Part shown: positions 58,578-64,000 of the stretch, in pieces
How the letters are laid out: each line of letters starts with the position of its first letter
Position numbering within the stretch: position 1 is the first letter of the stretch
Assembly: GCA_043747445.1 (NCBI GenBank)
Contig: JAYTPB010000047.1
Location: 157-64,156, forward strand
Direction of reading: 5' to 3'
DNA from: Sphingomonadales bacterium
GTDB taxonomy: Bacteria > Pseudomonadota > Alphaproteobacteria > Sphingomonadales > Sphingomonadaceae
Length of the DNA: 64,000 nucleotides
Position numbers and translations under genes: made by a program
Notes under the pieces: generated by a model
Databases searched by the model: none
Seen by the model: only the letters and a program-made list of their open reading frames with translations
Told to the model about the DNA's origin: nothing

Positions 58578-58639
58578 TCAGGCTTGCTCAAAGGCAATCG
58601 GCACGGCATTGACGGCAACATCAATCCTGTGAGGCCATA

Positions 58640-59539
58640 GTGACAAAAGCCGATTACAATCCTAACTACCGCGAAGTTGACGCGCTGATCGCTTTGCTCA
58701 CTGTGACAGCGATTGGTGATGACAGTTATCTGGGCGGGATCAAGCCTGATGGTATCGGGCGTGTATTTGGTGGTCAGGTGATCGCACAAGCCTTGATGGC
58801 GGCGCAAAATTCGGTTGCTGAAGACCGAATTGCGCATTCGCTCCACGCCTATTTCATGCGGCCAGGTGCTGAAGGGAGCGAAACCCAGTATCAAGTTGAA
58901 CGCGATTATGACGGCGGCAGTTTCTCGAATCGTCGCGTTGTCGCCCGACAGAATGACAAGGTGATCCTCACGCTGTCAGCCTCCTTTCAGCGCCCTGAAA
59001 CCGGGCTTTCGCATCAGGCGATCATGCCGCAAGTCGCAATGCCTGAGGCGCTTCGCAGCGATGCCGAAATTCGCGCCGAACTGCGTGACCGGATTCCTGA
59101 GCGTTACCAGAGAATCTTCACCCGCCCGCGTCCATTTGAATCGCGCCCAGTTGAGCCGCGCAATTGGTTAGTCGGCGAAAAAAGCGCTCCGATCCAAAAC
59201 ACGTGGTTCCGCCTCGCCAAACCGATTGGCGATGATGCCGCGATGCACCGCGCGATCCTTGCCTATGCCACTGATATGTCGCTGCTCTCGACAGGCACAT
59301 TGCCGCACGGGCTAAGCTGGATGCACGACAATGTTTTTTCGACCAGCCTTGATCATGCGATCTGGTTTCACGCGCCGTGCCAGGTTGATGACTGGCTGCT
59401 CTATGCCTGCCAAAGTCCGTGGACTGGCGGCGGGCGAAGTATGAATTTCGGATCAATCTTCACCCGCGATGGCACACTCGTTGCCTCGACCGCGCAAGAA
59501 GGATTGATGCGCGAGATTAAACCAGCCGACTCTGCTTGA
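58640..59539 (+). CDS. tesB: Acyl-CoA thioesterase II
   Basis: 299 aa, GTG start. Double hot-dog fold with [11 protein letters not shown] and SLDHAIWFH motifs. Confidence 0.9.
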   Translation: MTKADYNPNYREVDALIALLTVTAIGDDSYLGGIKPDGIGRVFGGQVIAQALMAAQNSVAEDRIAHSLHAYFMRPGAEGSETQYQVERDYDGGSFSNRRVVARQNDKVILTLSASFQRPETGLSHQAIMPQVAMPEALRSDAEIRAELRDRIPERYQRIFTRPRPFESRPVEPRNWLVGEKSAPIQNTWFRLAKPIGDDAAMHRAILAYATDMSLLSTGTLPHGLSWMHDNVFSTSLDHAIWFHAPCQVDDWLLYACQSPWTGGGRSMNFGSIFTRDGTLVASTAQEGLMREIKPADSA

Positions 59540-61151
59540 CCGCCGCTGCCACGAAACTCGCAAACAACGGATGCGGATCAAGTGGGCGGCTCTTGAGTTC
59601 GGGATGGAATTGCACCCCTACAAACCACGGATGATCAGGCCGCTCAACAATCTCTGGCAGCGCACCATCGGGTGACATGCCGCTGAACAGTAGCCCGTTT
59701 TTCTCAAGCACGTCGCGGTAACCGACATTCACCTCGTAGCGGTGACGGTGGCGCTCCGAAATCATCGTGCTGTTATAGATGCTCGCGATATGGCTGTTGC
59801 CCGTCAGCACTGCGTCATAGGCACCAAGCCGCATCGTGCCGCCAAGATCGCCGCCTGCCTCGCGCTGTTGTAGTCCCTCTGCTGTCATCCATTCGGTGAT
59901 CAGGCCAACGACGGGTTCTGACGTCGGCCCAAATTCGGTTGAAGACGCCGTCGCAATCCCGCCAAGGTTGCGCGCCGCTTCAACACAGGCCATTTGCATT
60001 CCAAAGCAAATGCCAAAGAAGGGCACACCCCGTTCACGCGCGAAGCGGATGCTCGCGATTTTGCCCTCGGCCCCGCGTTCGCCAAACGCACCGGGCACAA
60101 GGATTGCGTCAAGCGGCTCAAGCAGCGCGGCGACATCGCTGTCTGCGCTTTCAAACAGCTCGGCATCAATCCAGCGGATATGCACCTTCACGCGGTTGGC
60201 GATCCCGCCGTGAGCGAGTGCTTCATTGAGAGATTTATACGCATCCTGAAGCCCGACATATTTGCCGACGACGCCGATGGTGACTTCGCCTTCGGGATTG
60301 GATTGCCGGTCTATCACATCATTCCAGCGGCTCAAATCGGGTGCAGCGCCGGGTTCAATCCCAAACGCGCGCAGCACTTCATCATCAAGCCCCTCACGGT
60401 GATATTGCAGCGGAACGGCATAGATTGATGAGGCGTCAAGCGCCTGAATAACGGCTTCTTTACGGACGTTGCAGAAAAGCGCGATCTTGGCGCGCTCCCC
60501 CTCGGGCAGGGGATGTTCAGTGCGGCACAGCAGGATATCGGGCTGAATGCCAAGGCTCGTTAATTCGCGCACGCTATGCTGCGTTGGCTTGGTCTTCAGT
60601 TCGCCCGCCGCAGCGATATAGGGCACGAGTGTCACATGGATAAACACCGTATTCGTGCGGCCAATATCGTTGCGAAGCTGACGGATCGCCTCAATGAACG
60701 GCAGCGATTCGATATCGCCAACGGTTCCACCAATTTCACACAGGACAAAATCAAGATCATCGGTCTCGGCTTGAGCAAACTGCTTAATCGCATCGGTGAC
60801 GTGGGGGATCACCTGTACCGTCGCACCAAGATAATCACCGCGCCGTTCGCGCGTAATGATTTGCTGGTAAATCCGGCCCGAGGTTACATTGTCTGACTGC
60901 CGCGCCGAAACCCCGGTGAAACGTTCATAATGGCCAAGATCAAGATCAGTCTCTGCGCCGTCATCAGTCACATAGACTTCGCCGTGCTGATAGGGCGACA
61001 TCGTCCCCGGATCGACATTTAAATAAGGATCAAATTTGCGAATGCGGACTTTATAGCCGCGTGCTTGCAACAGCGCGCCAAGCGACGCCGCCATGAGACC
61101 TTTGCCGAGCGAGGAAACCACGCCGCCGGTGATAAAAATAAACCGCGCCAT
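59517..61151 (-). CDS. pyrG: CTP synthase
   Basis: 544 aa. [18 protein letters not shown], and a glutaminase domain with GICFGMQ and HRHRYE. Confidence 0.96.
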   Translation of the reverse strand: MARFIFITGGVVSSLGKGLMAASLGALLQARGYKVRIRKFDPYLNVDPGTMSPYQHGEVYVTDDGAETDLDLGHYERFTGVSARQSDNVTSGRIYQQIITRERRGDYLGATVQVIPHVTDAIKQFAQAETDDLDFVLCEIGGTVGDIESLPFIEAIRQLRNDIGRTNTVFIHVTLVPYIAAAGELKTKPTQHSVRELTSLGIQPDILLCRTEHPLPEGERAKIALFCNVRKEAVIQALDASSIYAVPLQYHREGLDDEVLRAFGIEPGAAPDLSRWNDVIDRQSNPEGEVTIGVVGKYVGLQDAYKSLNEALAHGGIANRVKVHIRWIDAELFESADSDVAALLEPLDAILVPGAFGERGAEGKIASIRFARERGVPFFGICFGMQMACVEAARNLGGIATASSTEFGPTSEPVVGLITEWMTAEGLQQREAGGDLGGTMRLGAYDAVLTGNSHIASIYNSTMISERHRHRYEVNVGYRDVLEKNGLLFSGMSPDGALPEIVERPDHPWFVGVQFHPELKSRPLDPHPLFASFVAAAVKQSRLV

Positions 61152-61216
61152 GGGAGAAGAGGCTTAAGCGCTGTCCCCCCGAATAGGCAAGGCCGAGAAT
61201 CCCAAAAACGAAAATA

Positions 61217-61765
61217 TTATTGTGGGCTATTTCCCGTTTCCACTGGTGGCGCTGCAACGGGTGGAGGGGCCGCTTTTTCAGCCGCAGGTTTGGCAGCCTC
61301 TGGCTTGGGCGTCGCGACTTTAGCCGCAGGTGCAGCCTCACGCGCGGCTGGCTTTGGCGTCGCTTTTTCGGCCGATGGCTTTGCGTCAGGCTTTGCTGGT
61401 ACAACTATATTATCTTCGATGATCGGCCCTTCACCTGCTGGCTGGCTCGGCGTTCCGCCTGCCATTGGCACACCCATCGGCGGGGCAACAGGCGCGGTGG
61501 CGGCCTTGCGCGCAAGCGATGTATCAAGGTCATCAGGCGCACGATTGGTGATCGCAATCGCGGCGAGCGCAATCGAAAGCGTGACAAACAAGGTTGCCAA
61601 CACCGATGTCATCCGCGTGAGGAAATCCGCCGCACCGCGCGCCGACATCAGCCCCGCCGGATTACCGCCGCCTGCCAGCCCGCCGCCTTCAGAACGCTGC
61701 ATAAGAATAACGCCAACAAGGGCAGCCGCGACAATGGCGTGAACGACGAGAAAAAAGGTGTACAT
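61217..61765 (-). CDS. secG: Preprotein translocase subunit SecG with a long Pro/Ala/Lys-rich C-terminal extension
   Basis: The N-terminal 75 aa form the canonical SecG core (LVGVILMQRSEGGGLAGG, plus a second TM). This is followed by about 105 aa of low complexity (AKPDAKPSAEKATPKPAAREAAPAAKVATPKPEAAKPAAEKAAPPP). Confidence 0.85.
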   Translation of the reverse strand: MYTFFLVVHAIVAAALVGVILMQRSEGGGLAGGGNPAGLMSARGAADFLTRMTSVLATLFVTLSIALAAIAITNRAPDDLDTSLARKAATAPVAPPMGVPMAGGTPSQPAGEGPIIEDNIVVPAKPDAKPSAEKATPKPAAREAAPAAKVATPKPEAAKPAAEKAAPPPVAAPPVETGNSPQ

Positions 61766-61804
61766 GAGCTGAGTGCAATTCCAATTCGGATCAAGCCGTG
61801 GCCC

Positions 61805-62164
61805 TTAGCGCAGCCACGCGGCGGGATCAACTGGGATGGCTTTATCCTGCGCGGCGGTCTTAATCCGCAATGCCGCCAGCCGCGCATAATCCGCCTGACG
61901 TTCATTGGCGATTCTGCGAGCGGCGTCGCTCAGCTTGGGCATATTCGTCGGCGACGGCGCAAACCTAGTGCTTGCCTCAACCGCGCAGTACCAATGCCTG
62001 CCCCAAATTCCATCATCAGGATGCGGCCCCGCCGGATCATTCAAAATGTCGCTGTCAAATACCGAAACCACCGCCTGCGCACGCGGGGCGAGTGTGCCGT
62101 TCACATTGATCAGGATCGCATCATTGCGTGGATCGAGGGTGAAGTCGTGGGTGCCTAGAGCCAT
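61805..62164 (-). CDS. Hypothetical protein (119 aa), no family recognised
   Basis: Genome-typical GC-rich third codon positions and no internal stops. It lies between lpdA and secG on the same strand. Confidence 0.5.
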   Translation of the reverse strand: MALGTHDFTLDPRNDAILINVNGTLAPRAQAVVSVFDSDILNDPAGPHPDDGIWGRHWYCAVEASTRFAPSPTNMPKLSDAARRIANERQADYARLAALRIKTAAQDKAIPVDPAAWLR

Positions 62165-62344
62165 CAGACTGGTCGATTCATGAGCGAGAGTGTCTCAATC
62201 ATTTTTCGCGGAAATCTCAGGAAGTTTACACTGAATCGGTAGTTTTTCATGGGCCTGCCAATCTCGGTTCCAAAAGTGGAGCGGCGCAAGTCTGCCAAAG
62301 CGGACGCGTGTAGGACAGTTATTTTTTTAGAGCGCTCCAAACCT

Positions 62345-63736
62345 CTAAAAATGCAGTGCCCGTCCGTAAGCACTCAACACACTTTCGTGCATCATCTCAC
62401 TCAGCGTCGGATGCGGGAAGACGGTGCCCATGAAATCGGCCTCGACCAGTTCGGCTGTTTTGCCCACGGTATAACCCTGGATCAGTTCGGTGACCTCCGC
62501 GCCGATCATATGCGCGCCGAGAAGCTCGCCCGTCTTCGCATCAAACACCGTTTTAATGAAGCCCTCGGCCTCACCAAGCGCAATCGCCTTGCCATTGCCG
62601 ATGAAAGGGAAATTGCCGACCTTCACATCATAGCCCGCCGCCTTCGCCTTGGCCTCGGTCAGGCCAACGCTTGCGATTTGCGGGTGGCAATAGGTGCAGC
62701 CCGGAATGTTGAGCGGGTCCATCGCGTGCGGGTGGCCGCCAGCGATTGCCTCTGCCGCAATGACGCCCTCATGGCTCGCCTTGTGCGCCAGCCAAGGCGG
62801 CGCGGTGACATCGCCAATCGCCCAGATGCCGGGCACATTGGTGCGGCACATCGCGTCGGTATCGATATGCCCCTTGGTTGTTTTGATGCCGAGCGCTTCT
62901 AGCCCGATATTCTCAGTATTGGGCACGATGCCGACCGCGACGATCACATGGCTAAATTCGGACGTGACGACCTTGCCATCCTTGCCCTTGATACTTGCAG
63001 AAATGCCGGTGGCACTCGCCTTGATCGTTTCAACGCCTGCTCCGGTCATGATCGTGATGCCCTGCTTGGTCAGCGCCTTTTCGAGGAATGTTGATATGTC
63101 GGCGTCTTCAACCGGCACGACGCGGTCAAGCATTTCAACCACGGTTACCGCAGCGCCCATGTCATTGTAAAAGCTCGCAAATTCGATGCCGATTGCGCCT
63201 GATCCGATGACGAGCAGCTTGGTCGGCATCTCAGGCGGCACCATCGCGTGACGGTACGTCCAGATGCGTTTCCCGTCCGCTGGCGCAAACGGCAAATCGC
63301 GCGCGCGGGCACCTGTGGCGATGATGATATTCTTGGCGGTGAGGTCTTCGGCCTTGCCATCCTTGGTGACGGTGAGCTTTCCGGGTGCGGTGATCGCGCC
63401 GTCGCCCATATGAACCGCGATCTTATTCTTCTTCATCAAATGGCCAATGCCCTGATTAAGCTGCTTCGCCACCCCGCGCGAACGTTTGACCACCGCGTTT
63501 ATATCAGCGCTGATGTTGGTCGCGATCAGCCCGTAATCGCCCGCGTGCTGCATGTAATGAAAAATCTCCGCCGACCGCAGCAGCGCCTTCGTCGGGATAC
63601 ACCCCCAGTTGAGGCAGATACCGCCGAGGTTTTCGCGTTCGATGATGGCAACCTTGAGGCCGAGTTGCGCCGCCCGGATCGCCGCAACATAGCCACCGGG
63701 GCCAGAGCCGAGGACGATGAGATCGTATGAGGACAT
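62345..63736 (-). CDS. lpdA: Dihydrolipoyl dehydrogenase
   Basis: 463 aa. GSGPGGY FAD motif, redox-active GGICLNWGCIPTK and the C-terminal HAHPTLSE-like HPTLSE. Confidence 0.95.
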   Translation of the reverse strand: MSSYDLIVLGSGPGGYVAAIRAAQLGLKVAIIERENLGGICLNWGCIPTKALLRSAEIFHYMQHAGDYGLIATNISADINAVVKRSRGVAKQLNQGIGHLMKKNKIAVHMGDGAITAPGKLTVTKDGKAEDLTAKNIIIATGARARDLPFAPADGKRIWTYRHAMVPPEMPTKLLVIGSGAIGIEFASFYNDMGAAVTVVEMLDRVVPVEDADISTFLEKALTKQGITIMTGAGVETIKASATGISASIKGKDGKVVTSEFSHVIVAVGIVPNTENIGLEALGIKTTKGHIDTDAMCRTNVPGIWAIGDVTAPPWLAHKASHEGVIAAEAIAGGHPHAMDPLNIPGCTYCHPQIASVGLTEAKAKAAGYDVKVGNFPFIGNGKAIALGEAEGFIKTVFDAKTGELLGAHMIGAEVTELIQGYTVGKTAELVEADFMGTVFPHPTLSEMMHESVLSAYGRALHF

Positions 63737-63749
63737 TAGATTTTCCTAT

Positions 63750-64000
63750 TCAGTATATTTTTCGCCACCGCTTGAATGCGGCGACATCGGAATTTGAGAG
63801 CTCAAAAAACTCATTTTTGATTTTTTGCTTGTCGAACCGTTTCTTCCAATAGGCTTCAACGCCAGGAGGATCATCAGTCTCAATTCTAAACACTTCATCA
63901 AGCGTTTTAGGAGTGTGGCGATCAAGGTTGCCTAAGCGCTGATTCGGGGTAAAAGAGTGGCCAACTTTATATTCTCCTCCCCCATAATTGATAAGGTAGA
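63750..64000 (-). CDS. GIY-YIG / T5orf172 (MUG113)-like protein, C-terminal part only (5' end outside the window)
   Basis: My own translation: ...YLINYGGGEYKVGHSFTPNQRLGNLDRHTPKTLDEVFRIETDDPPGVEAYWKKRFDKQKIKNEFFELSNSDVAAFKRWRKIY*. It follows the T5orf172 pattern (YK[VI]G.T....R...L, E..[WH]..F, [EN][WF]FEL). Lower GC than lpdA. Confidence 0.6.
   Translation of the reverse strand, partial: YLINYGGGEYKVGHSFTPNQRLGNLDRHTPKTLDEVFRIETDDPPGVEAYWKKRFDKQKIKNEFFELSNSDVAAFKRWRKIY

Noticed and set aside
61065-62158. Two long + ORFs (225 aa and 312 aa)
   Set aside because: They are antisense to secG, to its Pro/Ala/Lys-rich tail and to the 119-aa ORF. They are Arg/Gly-rich shadows.
62324-62351. AT-rich hairpin (TTTTTAGAG...CTCTAAAAA) overlapping the lpdA stop as a terminator
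   Set aside because: The stem is weak and all-AT-rich with a 10-nt loop, and it includes the stop codon itself. It is not convincing as an intrinsic terminator.

Overview
High-GC (about 60%) chromosomal segment. By inference it is alphaproteobacterial and most like a sphingomonad, based on a PEPxxWA-CTERM protein, REP-type palindromes, and the ccm, fab and kor gene order. Nearly every long ORF on the non-coding strand is a GC-driven shadow.

Content, in order:
- The distal part of an exosortase-A/PEP-CTERM polysaccharide locus: epsG (partial), epsF and epsE, plus the conserved but biochemically uncharacterised decarboxylase / acyl-CoA ligase / FemAB-like / ACP / hydrolase-2 / hydrolase-1 cassette.
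- trxB, tRNA-Met, kup, and a contiguous ccmCDEFGHI operon. ccmD is a 43-aa gene missing from the ORF track.
- tRNA-His, a PilZ protein, dksA, and a Ser/Thr/Gly-rich PEP-CTERM protein.
- serS, surE, an nlpD-like gene, rimO, an M17 peptidase, argC, and a second PEP-CTERM (PEPxxWA) protein.
- mltG, fabF, acpP, fabG, fabD and korAB.
- An esterase, rppH, a flotillin pair (yqiJ/yqiK-like), glcB, and a partial arginine succinyltransferase cluster.
- A valine-catabolism operon (mmsA to mmsB), a RadC-like gene, tesB, pyrG, secG and lpdA.

Most interesting leads:
1. A 1.24-kb low-GC three-gene cassette sits between korA and korB. It encodes a small 3-TM protein, a 75-aa antitoxin-like protein and a PIN/DUF3368-like protein. 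It is bounded by a 23-bp duplication of the korB translation start and is translationally coupled to korB.
2. A GxxExxY single-gene element with about 35-40-bp inverted repeats is inserted between fabD and fabG.
3. About 870 nt of the PEP-CTERM low-complexity gene is open on both strands.
4. The serS tRNA-binding arm shows an abrupt intragenic composition change.
5. Small low-GC islets carry an orphan RadC/JAB gene and a GIY-YIG (T5orf172-like) gene.

No CRISPR array, rRNA, transposase or integrase was seen.
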